Translations under genes and position numbers: made by a program | Shown here: positions 37,393 through 59,222 of the stretch, piece by piece | Position numbering within the stretch: the first letter of the stretch is position 1 | Layout: each line of letters begins with the position of its first letter | The notes under the pieces: model-generated | Told to the model about the DNA's origin: nothing | Database searches by the model: none | The model's input: the letters and a program-made list of their open reading frames with translations, nothing else | Source of the DNA: Hormiphora californensis | Taxonomy: Eukaryota; Animalia; Ctenophora | NCBI GenBank assembly: GCA_020137815.1 | Contig: CM035357.1 | Location: forward strand, 3,224,001-3,288,000 | Reading direction: 5' to 3' | Length of the DNA: 64,000 nucleotides

Positions 37393-39648
37393 ATGGTGAA
37401 TGTCGACCAAGAGAAGCTGGCCAAGATGCAGCAGTCTGTCCGAATCGGAGGTAAGCAACACCTCTCTCTATCCCCCAGTACCTCTCTCTATTCCTCCTCC
37501 AATTGTGAAACGCGTATTTCCTTTCCTATTAAACGATTGCCAATAACCATGTCCATATAACATTGGCCCAATATGTTACTCTAGACGAAGACGCGTCTTC
37601 TCTTTGTGGAATCTAATAGGGTTCCAGGTAGTTTCTGAGCTTTCTTTTACCGTTTACCCGAGCAGTTTAACCACTACCAGAAAGCTTCATATGGAGACAA
37701 ATTACCGTCTGATCCTTCCCAGCTCGCCCAATCCCCTCCATACCTCTCCCTAGCTCTAAGGAATGGGACTCCTTCTCTCTCCCCATACCTAACATCCTCC
37801 TCTCTCTCCCCATACCTAACATCCTCCTCTCTCCCCTACCTAAAATCCTCCTCCCTCCAGGCAAGGGAACCGCCCGAAGGAAGAAGAAGGTTGTCCACAA
37901 GAGTGTGGGAGGTGACGACAAGAAATTGCAGCTGACCCTCAGGAAACTTCAGGCGAACAACATCACCGGTATTGAGGAGGTAATTATTCTGGGGGGGTTA
38001 TCATGGTGACAAATGGTGACAGATGGTGACAAATGGTGACTCATCTGACCATTTAGGGTATGTCACCATCACCATTTGTCACCATTTGTCACCATTTATC
38101 TCCATTTGTCACCATTTGTCTCCATTTTTTGACGAAATATGCGGATTTTGGCAGAATTTCTTTAAGATTTTTAAAGAAATTTGATAAAAATGGGGTAAAA
38201 ATGTTTAATTTCTTTAGACCGATATATTTGTTCATAAGTTGTTAACATGGCCATTCCGGATCGGCTAGTAGTGTTTTGGACCGCTAAAACTTCCCGAAAG
38301 TCACGTTGAGGGTGTACCTCCCTCGCACAACACATAAAAGCGCAATTAACCACCTGTGACCCCTTAATTACATCCAATCGACTTGAAACTTGGTAGAAGT
38401 GTCCCCCAGTGTCCCATAACATCATATTATGTCCCATAACATCATATTATGCCTGTAGGAAGCTCCAGAGAGAATGGTGACAAATGGTGACTCATCTCAA
38501 AATTTTGGTCATGTCACCATCACCATTTGTCACCATATGTCACCATTTGTCACCATTTGTCACCATGATTACCCCCCCCCCCATTATTCTATCATCTTTC
38601 TATCATCTTTCTTTCATATTTTCATCTTTTTATTTTAAATCATAATGGTCATGGGGTGTTGGCTCTTCCAATTATTTAAGGGGGGGGGCCAAGGCCAAAA
38701 AAAGCCAAACCCGCCTGAAATCCGGGTCTGATCTGGCTTTTTTTGATCTGGCTTTTTTTGGCTTTTTTTGATCTGGCTTTTTTTGGCTTTTTTTGATCTG
38801 GCTTTTTTGCTCTGGCTTTTTGGCCTTTTTTGGCTTTTTTTGGCTTTTTTCGATCTGGCTTTTTTTGGATCTGGCTTTTTTTGGCCTTTTTTGGCTTTTT
38901 TTGATCTGGCTTTTTTTGATTTGGCAGTTTTGATCTGGCTTTTTTTGATCTGGCTTTTTTTGATCTGGCTTTTTTTGATCTGGCTTTTTTTGATCTGGCT
39001 TTTTTTGGCTTTTTTTGATCTGGCTTTTTTTAAATCAAACTTTTTTCGGTAAAAAAATATTTCCATATCGGTATAAAATGATAAACCTAGATCAAAGAAG
39101 CCATTTTAAAGTGTTTTTAGTGTCATACAGACCATATAATGTCAGAATTACATGCCAAAATGACCAAAAAAGTAGGGCCAAAAAAAGCCAAACCCGCCCT
39201 AAAATCCGGGATTGATCTGGCTTTTTTTGGCCTTGGCCCCCCCCCCCCTTTAAATTTCGATTTGAGAACTTGAGGGACTTATTAAATGGCTTAACTCGGC
39301 GAGGGGGGATCGTATGTTATCTAGTTATATATATAATACTGGTCAACTACTTCCGTCCCGGTAGTCTGGTCCTCAACCGCTCAACTTTTTACCCGGGGTG
39401 GGTTCCAGGAATGGTGGGAAGAGAGAGAGAGAGAGAGATATTGGGGGGAGTGAGAGAGTGAGAGAGAGCACGGGATTGGAGAGAGAGCACGGGATTGGAG
39501 AGAGAGAAAGTGGCAGGGAGAGAGGGAGAGATAAACTGGGAAGGAGAGAGAAAGTTTTCGAATTTATGTGGGTCACCTGAATGTCTGGTATGTCACCTGG
39601 TTATGTGACACCTTAAAACAGATATTATCATCTTCGTGTCTCCCCTGG

Positions 39649-39714
<66 letters not shown>

Positions 39715-40294
39715 CTCTCTCAAGTCAGCATCCTATTTGATGTTGGGGGCGACTACAAAATGTCAATTCTGTCGCGAGTTAAGAGATATATGGGAGAGAT
39801 ATGCATCTTTAAAAGGATGCTGACGTTTAATCTAAATTTTAATCGGTAACTTGGCACTCGATGCGATTTCCCCCCATATTTCTACCAAATCCCCTTTTTC
39901 TCTATCTCTATCCCTCTATATCTCCCTCTCAACCCTCTCTTGTTTCCATTATATGTCGCTGTCTCGACACTATCTCGACACTATCTTAATCCTTTGATTT
40001 TATTGGATATCTCAAACCAGTAGTTTACCTTTTTAGTTAGAATATTTCTTTCTTATATTTCAATGTTAACCCTTCAATTTTAACTCCTCCCGTGTTAACA
40101 TTATAATGTTGATTACACTTTTGATTACAAATTTAACACTTCCTTTCCCCCAGGTGAATATTTTTCAGAGAAGACGGTTCAGTGATCCATTTTACCAACC
40201 CCAAGGTCCAGGCTACAGTAACAGGCTAACACTTTTGCCATCTCGGGAAACCCCGAAACGAAGCAGATCTCTGAAATGCTGCCAGGTGAGAACA

Positions 40295-40360
<66 letters not shown>

Positions 40361-42662
40361 CACTCTCTCTTCTGTCTCTCTCTCTCCCCCATCTTCCACC
40401 ACACTTACTCTAGAGATCCCCTGACCTTGCTCGACCCTCTTTCCTGTCCCCATCTTCCCCCACATTTCCTCTATTATATCCCCTTGCTCGACCCTCTTTC
40501 CGGGAGGGTTAGAACATAACTTTCGTATATCGTGGTAAAAAATCCTGCCACTAAATCGGGGGCCACTAAATCGGGGTCCGACTGTATTTAATATCCCTCT
40601 CTATTTTATCCTCCCTGGTAGTAAACTGCCACCACACTATATCTGGTAGTGAGCTTCCATACTATTACGGTAGTTGTCAAGTTAGGAAATTATATGAAGC
40701 CACGATTTAATTAGAGTTTCAAACTTTTCAACACTACTTTAAACAAATTAATTTGAGCTCTCACCTCTGTAACGACCAAGAAATTTTACACTCTAGTGGT
40801 GCTACATTTATCCTACCCCTCATTGTGTTAAATTATTTTTTTTATCTTCATCTCCACTGGAAATGGACACACCTCTCATCTCATCATCAACAACATACGT
40901 ACCAATCAAACCATCAAAATTCGTAAGTTCACCTGTCCGTATTCAGGGTGAACTGCATGTCGTGTTGCTAGTCGCGAGCGCGCTTGCGAGACAAGCAACA
41001 CGTCAAGGTTCATTAACAAGCATGCTGCTCAGTCATTTAGATTTAATACACAATGTAAGGATACCATGTAATAGGTGAGACTCTTGCCGTCCCGCAGCCC
41101 AAATATGGTTCATCCATTGTCCGACATTTCTCCTTTAATTGCTCATTTTTAAAAGGGAAAATTTCTTGATTTTTAAAATTGATAAAATGGGGTAAAAATG
41201 TTTAATTTCTTTAGACCGATATATTTGTTCATAAGTTGTTAACATGGCCATTCCGGATCGGCTAGTAGTGTTTTGGACCGCTAAAACTTCCCGAAAGTCA
41301 CGTTGAGGGTGTACCTCCCTCGCACAACACATAAAAGCGCAATTAACCACCTGTGACCCCTTAATTACATCCAATCGACTTGAAACTTGGTAGAAGTGTC
41401 CCCCAGTGTCCCATAACATCATATTATGTCCCATAACATCATATTATGCCTGTAGGAAGCTCCAGAGAGAATGGTGACAAATGGTGACTCATCTCAAAAT
41501 TTTGGTCATGTCACCATCACCATTTGTCACCATATGTCACCATTTGTCACCATTTGTCACCATGATTACCCCCCCCCCCATTATTCTATCATCTTTCTAT
41601 CATCTTTTTATCTTTCTTTCATATTTTCATCTTTCTATCATCTTTTAATTTTAAATCATAATGGTCATGGGGTGTTGGCTCTTCCAATTATTTAAGGGGG
41701 GGGGGCCAAGGCCAAAAAAAGCCAAACCCGCCCTGAAATCCGGGTCTGATCTGGCTTTTTTTGATCTGGCTTTTTTTGGCTTTTTTTGATCTGGCTTTTT
41801 TTGGCTTTTTTTGATCTGGCTTTTTTTGATCTGGCTTTTTTTGGCCTTTTTTGGCTTTTTTTGGCTTTTTTCGATCTGGCTTTTTTTGGATCTGGCTTTT
41901 TTTGGCCTTTTTTGGCTTTTTTTGATCTGGCTTTTTTTGATTTGGCAGTTTTGATCTGGCTTTTTTTGATCTGGCTTTTTTTGATCTGGCTTTTTTTGAT
42001 CTGGCTTTTTTTGATCTGGCTTTTTTTGGCTTTTTTTGATCTGGCTTTTTTTAAATCAAACTTTTTTCGGTAAAAAAATATTTCCATATCGGTATAAAAT
42101 GATAAACCTAGATCAAAGAAGCCATTTTAAAGTGTTTTTAGTGTCATACAGACCATATAATGTCAGAATTACATGCCAAAATGACCAAAAAAGTAGGGCC
42201 AAAAAAAGCCAAACCCGCCCTAAAATCCGGGATTGATCTGGCTTTTTTTGGCCTTGGCCCCCCCCCCCCTTTAAATTTCGATTTGAGAACTTGAGGGACT
42301 TATTAAATGGCTTAACTCGGCGAGGGGGGGGGGATCGTATGTTATCTAGTTTAAATGATCATATCTTGGCCGTCTAGTACTGGTCAACTACTTCCGTCCC
42401 GGTAGTCTGGTCCTCAACCGCTCAACTTTTTACCCGGGGTGGGTTCCAGGAATGGTGGGAAGAGAGTGAGATATTGGGGGGAGTGAGAGAGTGAGAGAGA
42501 GCACGGGATTGGAGAGAGAGAAAGTGGCAGGGAGAGAGGGAGAGATAAACTGGGAAGGAGAGAGAAAGTTTTCGAATTTATGTGGGTCACCTGAATGTCT
42601 GGTATGTCACCTGGTTATGTGACACCTTAAAACAGATATTATCATCTTCGTGTCTCCCCTGG

Positions 42663-42728
<66 letters not shown>

Positions 42729-43297
42729 CTCTCTCAAGTCAGCATCCTATTTGATGTTGGGGCGACTACAAAATGTCAATTCTGTCGCGAGTTAAGAGAT
42801 ATATGGGAGAGATATGCATCTTTAAAAGGATGCTGACGTTTAATCTAAATTTTAATCGGTAACTTGGCACTCGATGCGATTTCCCCCCATATTTCTACCA
42901 AATCCCCTTTTTCTCTATCTCTATCCCTCTATATCTCCCTCTCAACCCTCTCTTGTTTCCATTATATGTCGCTGTCTCGACACTATCTCGACACTATCTT
43001 AATCCTTTGATTTTATTGGATATCTCAAACCAGTAGTTTACCTTTTTTAGTTAGAATATTTCTTTCTTATATTTCAATGTTAACCCTTCAATTTTAACTC
43101 TCCCGTGTTAACATTATAATGTTGATTACACTTTTGATTACAAATTTAACACTTCCCTTTCCCCCAGGTGAATATTTTCAGAGAAGACGGTTCAGTGATC
43201 CATTTTACCAACCCCAAGGTCCAGGCTACAGTACAGGCTAACACTTTTGCCATCTCGGGAAACCCCGAAACGAAGCAGATCTCTGAAATGCTGCCAG
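37393..43297 (+). CDS. BTF3: NAC beta / BTF3, partial. Exons 37393-37450, 37861-37979, 43168-43297 (frameshifted duplicate of exon 3 at 40154-~40285); 3' exon(s) not found
   Basis: [19 protein letters not shown]|[15 protein letters not shown]...[22 protein letters not shown]|[44 protein letters not shown]; exon phases are compatible. Confidence 0.93.
37991..38582. mobile_element. Poly-G/poly-C MITE with ATGGTGACAA subrepeats in BTF3 intron 2
   Basis: TIR gggggggttatcatggtgacaaatgg / ccatttgtcaccatgattacccc; 8-bp TSD attattct. Confidence 0.88.
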
Positions 43298-43304
43298 GTG
43301 AGAA

Positions 43305-43369
<65 letters not shown>

Positions 43370-44080
43370 CACTCTCTCTCTGTCTCTCTCTCTCCCCATC
43401 TTCCACCACACTTACTCTAGAGATCCCCTGACCTTGCTCGACCCTCTTTCCTGCCCCCATCTTCCCCCACATTTCCTCTATTATATCCCCTTGCTCGACC
43501 CTCTTTCCGGGAGGGTAAAAAATCCTGCCACTAAATCGGGGGCCACTAAATCAGGGTCCGACTGTATTTAATATCCCTCTCTATTTTATCCTCCCTGGTA
43601 GTAAACTGCCACCACACTATATCTGGTAGTGAGCTTCCATACTATTACGGTAGTTGTCAAGTTAGGAAATTATATGAAGCCACGATTTAATTAGAGTTTC
43701 AAACTTTTCAACACTACTTTAAACAAATTAATTTGAGCTCTCACCTCTGTACGACCAAGAAATTTTACACTCTAGTGGTGCTACATTCAGTCCTACCCCT
43801 CATCTGTGTTAAATTATTTTTGTTTATCTTCATCTCCACTGGAAATGGACACACCTCTCATCTCATCATCAACAACATCACGGTACCAATCATCCATCAA
43901 AATTCTGTAAGTTCACCTGTCCGTATTCAGGGTGTGAACTGCATGTCGTGTTTGCTAGTCGCGAGCGCGCTTGCGAGACAAGCAAACACGTCAAGGTTCA
44001 TTAACAAGCATGCTGCTCAGTCATTTTAGATTTAATACACAATGTAAGGATACCATGTAATAGGTGAGACTCTTGCCGTC
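38180..44080. repeat. ~2.9 kb tandem duplication (~38180-41090 and ~41165-44080) containing BTF3 exon 3
   Basis: Near-identical colinear copies that differ mostly by small indels. Confidence 0.9.
38680..39248. mobile_element. Poly-G/poly-C MITE with TGGCTTTTTTTGATC subrepeats (duplicate at 41696-42269)
   Basis: TIR g(n)ccaaggccaaaaaaagcca; only tttaa is shared on the flanks. Confidence 0.85.
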
Positions 44081-44448
44081 ACCCTCGTTCAAGTCCCGTG
44101 AAAAACGGAGCAGTACACGCAAACTGATGCCCATTTTCCTCGCGTGACCCCGATTCAGCAGTTTGAGACACCAACTCTTTAGGGGGCCATATCTCAGGAA
44201 CCAGACAAGATAGGAAAAATCGCCGTCTAACGAGGCGTCCAGTTTTTAATCTAGTTTACCACTGTACCGGCCGTTTCACTCTCCGACCTAAAACAAAAAT
44301 CGCAACCCCACAAAACTTCAAAATAATGAAATTCGCATCTCGCATGTCGTGTTGCATGTCGTGTTGCATGTCGTGTCATGTTATTGACACGCTCGCGTTC
44401 AACTCTCACACAGCAGCTGCAGAACATGGCGGGAAACATCGAGGAGTA

Positions 44449-47400
44449 GAGAGAGGGTCGGTGCCGAATCAAATATTTCTTGATCTTGATCTACTCCATC
44501 TCTCAGCTATCATACCCCTCATCAACTCGATCTCTCAGCTACCCTACCCCTCATCTACTCCATCTTTCAGCTACCCTACCCCTCATCTACTCCATCTTTC
44601 AGCTACCCTACCCCTTATCTAGTCCATCTCTCAGCTACCCTACTCCTCATCTACTCCATCTCTCAGCTTCCCTATTAGGGAAGCATAGAGATGGAAACGA
44701 TTAGGGGTAGGGAATCCCTATCCATAATCGTTTCCATCTCTATGCTTCCCTAGCCCTCATCAACTCCATCTTTCAGCTACCCTACCCCTAATCTAGTCCA
44801 TCTCTCCGCTACCCTACTCCTCATCTACTCCATCTCTCAGCTACCCTACCTCCCATTTACTCCATCTCTCAGCTACCCTACCTCCCATTTACTCCATCTC
44901 TCAGCTTCCCTACCTCCCATTTACTCCATCTCTCAGCTTACCTACCTCCCATTTACTCCATATCTCAGCTTCCCTACCTGCCATTTACTCCATCTCTCAG
45001 ATACCCTACCTCCCATTTACTCCATCTCTCAGCTTACCTACCTCCCATTTACTCCATCTCTCAGCTTCCCTACCTCCCATTTACTCCATCCCTCAGCTAC
45101 CCTACCTCCCATTTGATCCATCTCTCAGCTTCCCTACCTCCCATTTACTCCATTTCTCAGCTTCCCTACCTCTCATTTAGTACTCCATCTCTCAGCTACC
45201 CTACCTCCCATTTACTCCATCTCTCAGCTTCCCTACCTCCCATTTACTCCATCTCTCAGCTACCCTACCTCCCATTTACTCCATCTCTCAGCTTCCCTAC
45301 CTCCCATTTACTCCATCTCTCAGCTACCTTACCTTCCATTTACTCCATCTCTCAGCTTCCCTTCCTCCCATTTACTCCATCTCTCACCTACCCTACCTCC
45401 CATTTACTCCATCTCTCAGCTTCCCTACCTCCCATTTACTCCATCTCTCAGCTACCCTACCTCCCATTTACTCCATCTCTCAGCTTCCCTACCTCCCATT
45501 TACTCCATCTCTCAGCTACCCTACCACCCATTTACTCCATCTCTCAGCTTTCCTACCTCCCATTTACTCCATCTCTCAGCTTCCCTACCTCCCATTTACT
45601 CCATCTCTCAGCTTCCCTACCTCCCATTTACTCCATCTCTCAGGGGTAGGAATGTTAGGATAAATGAGAGATGGAGTAAATGGGAGGTAGGGAAGCTGAG
45701 AGATGGAGTAAATGGGAGGTAGGGAAGCTGAGAGATGGAGTAAATGGGAGGTAGGGAAGGTAAGCGATGGAGTAAATGGGAGGTAGGGAAGCTGAAAGAT
45801 GGAGTATATGGGAGGTAGGGAAGCTGAGAGATGGAGTAAATGGGAGGTAGGGTAGCTGAGAGATGGAGTAAATGGGAGGTAGGGAAGTTGAGAGATGGAG
45901 TAAATGGGAGGTAGGGAAGCTGAGGGATGGAGTAAATGGGAGGTAGGGAAGCTGAGAGATGGAGTAAATGGGAGGTAGGGAAGCTGAGAGATGGAGTAAA
46001 TGGGTGGTAGGGTAGCTGAGAGATGGAGTGAATGGGAGGTAGGGTAGCTGAGAGATGGAGTAAATGGGAGGCAGGGATGGAGTAAATGGGAGGTAGGGAA
46101 GCTGAGGGATGGAGTAAATGGGAGGTAGGGAAGCTGAGAGATGGAGTAAATGGGTGGTAGGGTAGCTGAGAGATGGAGTGAATGGGAGGTAGGGTAGCTG
46201 AGAGATGGAGTAAATGGGAGGCAGGGAAGCTGAGAGATGGAGTAAATGGGAGGTAGGGTAGCTGATAGATGGAGTGAATGGGAGGTTGGGTATCTGAGAG
46301 ATGGAGTAAATGGGAGGTAGGGAAGCTGAGAGATGGAGTAAATGGGAGGTAGGGAAGCTGAGAGATTGAGTAAATGGGAGGTAGGTAAGCTGAGAGATGG
46401 AGTCAATGGGAGGTAGGGTATCTGAAAGATGGAGTAAATGGCAGGTAGGGAAGCTGAGATATGGAGTAAATGGGAGGTAGGTAAGCTGAGAGATGGAGTA
46501 AATGGGAGGTAGGGAAGCTGAGAGATGGAGTAAATGGGAGGTAGGGAAGCTGAGAGATGGAGTAAATGGGAGGTAGGGTAGCTGATAGATGGAGTGAATG
46601 GGAGGTTGGGTAGCTTTTTTTATCGAGAAAAATTTAGAATGAGTAAATATATAAATAAATTGTTATAGAGCACACACTACTCAATCTAGGGCAGCCAACA
46701 CAGGATTAACCCGCTCTTACAGGCTGCCCCAACGTCAGTTAAAAGTCACTTTGCATCTAATCCCTCCCAGTCACTGCATGCGGCTGCTGCTCAATATTCA
46801 ATATCAGTAGGAGGAGTGCGGAGGAGAGTGCTGGAGACGGACCGCAGGAAACACCCTGTAGGATTTGGTCAAGTGCCCCTCAGAGAGAGAGAGAGGGGGG
46901 GGGGGGGTCACCGAGTGCTGTCAAAGTTACGTTGGTAGGGGGTTAAAGAGAAACGTCTTAATTTGCCTAGAAAAGCTAAGACAACTGTGACACTGGCGTA
47001 TATGGTATGGAATTAGGTTCCAAAGTATATGGGATCTATAGAAATAGCTATTGCGAAGTACACTAGAGGGAAATTCTATCGAACAAATAATGTAGGTAAC
47101 GTCATTATAGTTAGTAATATCATAATTGCTACGTGTCAAACGGTTAAAGTCACTAGGTTTAGCGATAGAGAGATGGGGGTAGCTCAAGATAAACTAGACC
47201 ATGGATAGAGATGGAGTAAATGGGAGGTAGGGAAGCTGAGAGATGGAGTAAATGGGAGGTAGGGAAGCTGAGAGATGGAGTAAATGGGAGGTAGGTAAGC
47301 TGAGAGATGGAGTAAATGGGAGGTAGGGTATCTGAAAGATGGAGTAAATGGCAGGTAGGGAAGCTGAGATATGGAGTAAATGGGAGGTAGGTAAGCTGAG

Positions 47401-49418
47401 AGATGGAGTAAATGGGAGGTAGGGAAGCTGAGAGATGGAGTAAATGGGAGGTAGGGTAGCTGAGAGATGGAGTAAATGGGAGGTAGGGTAGCTGAGAGAT
47501 GGAGTAGATGAGGAGTAGGGTAGCGGAGAGATGGACTAGATTAGGGGTAGGGTAGCTGAAAGATGGAGTTGATGAGGGCTAGGGAAGCATAGAGATGGAA
47601 ACGATTATGGATAGGGATTCCCTACCCCTAATCGTTTCCATCTCTATGCTTCCCTAATAGGGAAGCTGAGAGATGGAGTAGATGAGGAGTAGGGTAGCTG
47701 AGAGATGGACTAGATAAGGGGTAGGGTAGCTGAAAGATGGAGTAGATGAGGGGTAGGGTAGCTGAGAGATGGAGTAAATGGGAGGCAGGGATGGAGTAAA
47801 TGGGAGGTAGGGAAGCTGAGGGATGGAGTAAATGGGAGGTAGGGAAGCTGAGAGATGGAGTAAATGGGTGGTAGGGTATCTGAGAGATGGAGTAAATGGG
47901 AGGTAGGGAAGCTGAGAGATGGAGTAAATGGGAGGTAGGGAAGCTGAGAGATTGAGTAAATGGGAGGTAGGTAAGCTGAGAGATGGAGTCAATGGGAGGT
48001 AGGGTATCTGAAAGATGGAGTAAATGGCAGGTAGGGAAGCTGAGATATGGAGTAAATGGGAGGTAGGTAAGCTGAGAGATGGAGTAAATGGGAGGTAGGG
48101 AAGCTGAGAGATGGAGTAAATGGGAGGTAGGGAAGCTGAGAGATGGAGTAAATGGGAGGTAGGGTAGCTGATAGATGGAGTGAATGGGAGGTTGGGTAGC
48201 TTTTTTTATCGAGAAAAATTTAGAATGAGTAAATATATAAATAAATTGTTATAGAGCACACACTACTCAATCTAGGGCAGCCAACACAGGATTAACCCGC
48301 TCTTACAGGCTGCCCCAACGTCAGTTAAAAGTCACTTTGCATCTAATCCTTCCCAGTCACTGCATGCGGCTGCTGCTCAATATTCAATATCAGTAGGAGG
48401 AGTGCGGAGGAGAGTGCTGGAGACGGACCGCAGGAAACACCCTGTAGGATTGGTCAAGTGCCCCTCAGAGAGAGAGAGAGGGGGGGGGGGGGGGGGTCAC
48501 CGAGTGCTGTCAAAGTTACGTTGGTAGGGGGTTAAAGAGAAACGTCTTAATTTGCCTAGAAAAGCTAAGACAACTGTGACACTGGCGTATATGGTATGGA
48601 ATTAGGTTCCAAAGTATATGGGATCTATAGAAATAGCTATTGCGAAGTACACTAGAGGGAAAATTCTATCGAACAAATAATGTAGGTAACGTCATTATAG
48701 TTAGTAATATCATAATTGCTACGTGTCAAACGGTTAAAGGTCACTAGGTTTAGCGATAGAGAGATGGGGGTAGCTCAAGATAAACTAGACCATGGATAGA
48801 GATGGAGTAAATGGGAGGTAGGGAAGCTGAGAGATGGAGTAAATGGGAGGGTAGGGAAGCTGAGAGATGGAGTAAATGGGAGGTAGGTAAGCTGAGAGAT
48901 GGAGTAAATGGGAGGTAGGGTATCTGAAAGATGGAGTAAATGGCAGGTAGGGAAGCTGAGATATGGAGTAAATGGGAGGGTAGGTAAGCTGAGAGATGGA
49001 GTAAATGGGAGGTAGGGAAGCTGAGAGATGGAGTAAATGGGAGGTAGGGTAGCTGAGAGATGGAGTAGATGAGGAGTAGGGTAGCGGAGAGATGGACTAG
49101 ATTAGGGGTAGGGTAGCTGAAAGATGGAGTTGATGAGGGCTAGGGAAGCATAGGGATGGAAACGATTATGGATAGGGATTCCCTACCCCTAATCGTTTCC
49201 ATCTCTATGCTTCCCTAATAGGGAAGCTGAGAGATGGAGTAGATGAGGATAGGGTAGCTGAGAGATGGACTAGATAAGGGGTAGGGTAGCTGAAAGATGG
49301 AGTATGATGAGGGGTAGGGTAGCTGAAAGATGGAGTAGATGAGGGGTAGGGTAGCTGAGAGATCGAGTTGATGAGGGGGTAGATAGATCAAAAATATTTG
49401 ATTCGCCGACCCTCTCTC
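44449..49418. mobile_element. Foldback-like element: inverted termini enclosing inverted arrays of a 32-bp satellite (ctccatctctcagcttccctacctcccattta)
   Basis: Left end ta|gagagagggtcggtgccgaatcaaatattt and right end aaatatttgattcgccgaccctctctc|ta. The satellite runs forward to ~45640 and reverse from ~45650. Confidence 0.7.
46615..47205 (-). mobile_element. 5'-truncated LINE 3' end (CR1/L2-like ORF2 C-terminus, 3' UTR and short A tail); duplicate at ~48200-48800
   Basis: Minus-strand ORF ...SSVLRNSYFYRSHILWNLIPYHIR...SFSRQIKTFL, followed by a UTR ending in an A run. Confidence 0.7.
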
Positions 49419-50409
49419 TATTTTTTCCCTTGAGAACAGAGAGAGAAAGATTAGGGGCAATACACACTGTCAGAGGTAGTGAACAGTAAAAGAGACAATG
49501 AGAGAGAGAAACGAATGGAATGTGATTCTTGAGAGAGATAACATTGAAACGTGTTTCAGACATGTTTCCCCTTTCTTTTGTTGACAGAACTGTGTGTTTA
49601 CACACATTTTGAATACTTAGAATTTTACACGCATGTTATTCAAATGAAGAGAAACGCGTGAAAAAGGGAACTGGTCTGTCAAACTGCGAGTAAATTCTTC
49701 AAACGACTGATAATACAGCTATCGGGGTTCATAAGAGATTGACATTGAGAGTGAGAGCTTAGATGGACAATGGAGATACATACTTTCGAGTATGTTTTGA
49801 GGAAAAAATGTTTGGAGAAATAAAAATAGCTAGATGCCATGACTATTATAATACATAGACACTGTGTTATTAAAGCTTTGCCACATAGCTTAGAGACTCT
49901 CCAAGCTCTGCGGCATAGCTTTAACAACTTTACAATAGAGAGCACTTGTCACTTATGCCTTGACTTGCCAGAGAGATAATCTTTATAATGGCCATGTTTT
50001 TGCTAGTGCTGTAATACAATGGAACACACAGATTATTATTACGAGGCACCAGGGAAGAGAGAGGAGAGAGACTAGGGCTATTGAAAGGGGGAGAGAGAGT
50101 GAGTCAGTTGTAGATAATCGGATAGCTGTTTATAAGCCTCATTTTGTTTATTAGAGAGAAAGCTAAAGAGAAGGAAAGAATGAACTCTTGTTAAGAGTTT
50201 GCCCTAAGCTTGACCTTCCACAACTGTTTCGTCACAAGCTGACCCTGGGGGATCCAGCCCCGGGTGGAAGAGGAACTGATCTTTTCCAAACTTATATGTA
50301 CTTTTCTGAGGTTTACCTACATAATATCAAAAACGCGGGCAACACCACCAGTTGGCATGCACTGCAGACCCCTAGTGTGCGTGGTTTCCCACGGCTTTAG
50401 GGTTACGCT

Positions 50410-50466
50410 CCAGTTGCAGATTGGAGGTGCGCCAGTTTCTGGCGCAGCCTCCAATCTGCAACTGGC
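50410..50466. repeat. GC-rich hairpin ~290 bp upstream of the SUZ12 start
   Basis: ccagttgcagattggagg-tgcgccag ttt ctggcgcagcctccaatctgcaactgg. Confidence 0.7.
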
Positions 50467-50750
50467 GCAAGTGGGAGAGTCCCTGTGCGCGCGAAAATCT
50501 TCGTGAACTAGCAGGGTTTTTCGGATGTGATTTGCATCTAGAGTGGCGCGCGTGGCAGTGTCAGCAGTTGTCAGCAGGGGCCTGCACCATTGTAACTAAC
50601 TTCGGTCGCAAAATCTCTAACTGGACCCTTAGAGTTGGGGACTGCAGCGTAGGCCAACACCACCAGCCACCTCCTGTCGGATATTTCTTACATTCCTAAC
50701 GGTTACAGAGTGTACACAGTGCTCACCATAACATATTATAATATTTTAGC

Positions 50751-58846
<8,096 letters not shown>

Positions 58847-59222
58847 AGGAACTACAAAGAGAGATAACGAAATTGCGTGAAAAACTGACAAACGGTCATC
58901 ACTGTTTTTAACCCACAGAGTGTTCAAAGCCGTATCCTTATTGAGTCACATAAATGGGGGAACTGTCAACGATGATCAACCATGTACTCAAATATTCCTC
59001 CTCTATGAACGGCACATCCATAGATTCAATTGTTATGTTTTAACTTGTGAGAGAGAGGCTCGAGCAAGGCAATTGTGTGAGTGGGGGAATATACTTTGGA
59101 GTGGGAGTACTTTTAGGTTAAATATTAGGTCAATTGCATCGTGTTCACATGTGAGAGAACAAAATTCTAATTTATTCTGATACCAGATTGTGGTACGATT
59201 ATTTATTTTATTGATATATTGT

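Noticed and set aside
38635-39066. Lysine-rich histone H1-like ORF (also 41692-42087)
   Set aside because: It is a translation of MITE subrepeats (TGGCTTTTTTTGATC) inside a BTF3 intron.
44480-49400. Long ORFs (45113-45649, 45585-46406 etc.) or a CRISPR-like array
   Set aside because: These are head-to-tail 32-bp satellite units with no unique spacers and no cas genes; the ORFs are repeat translations.
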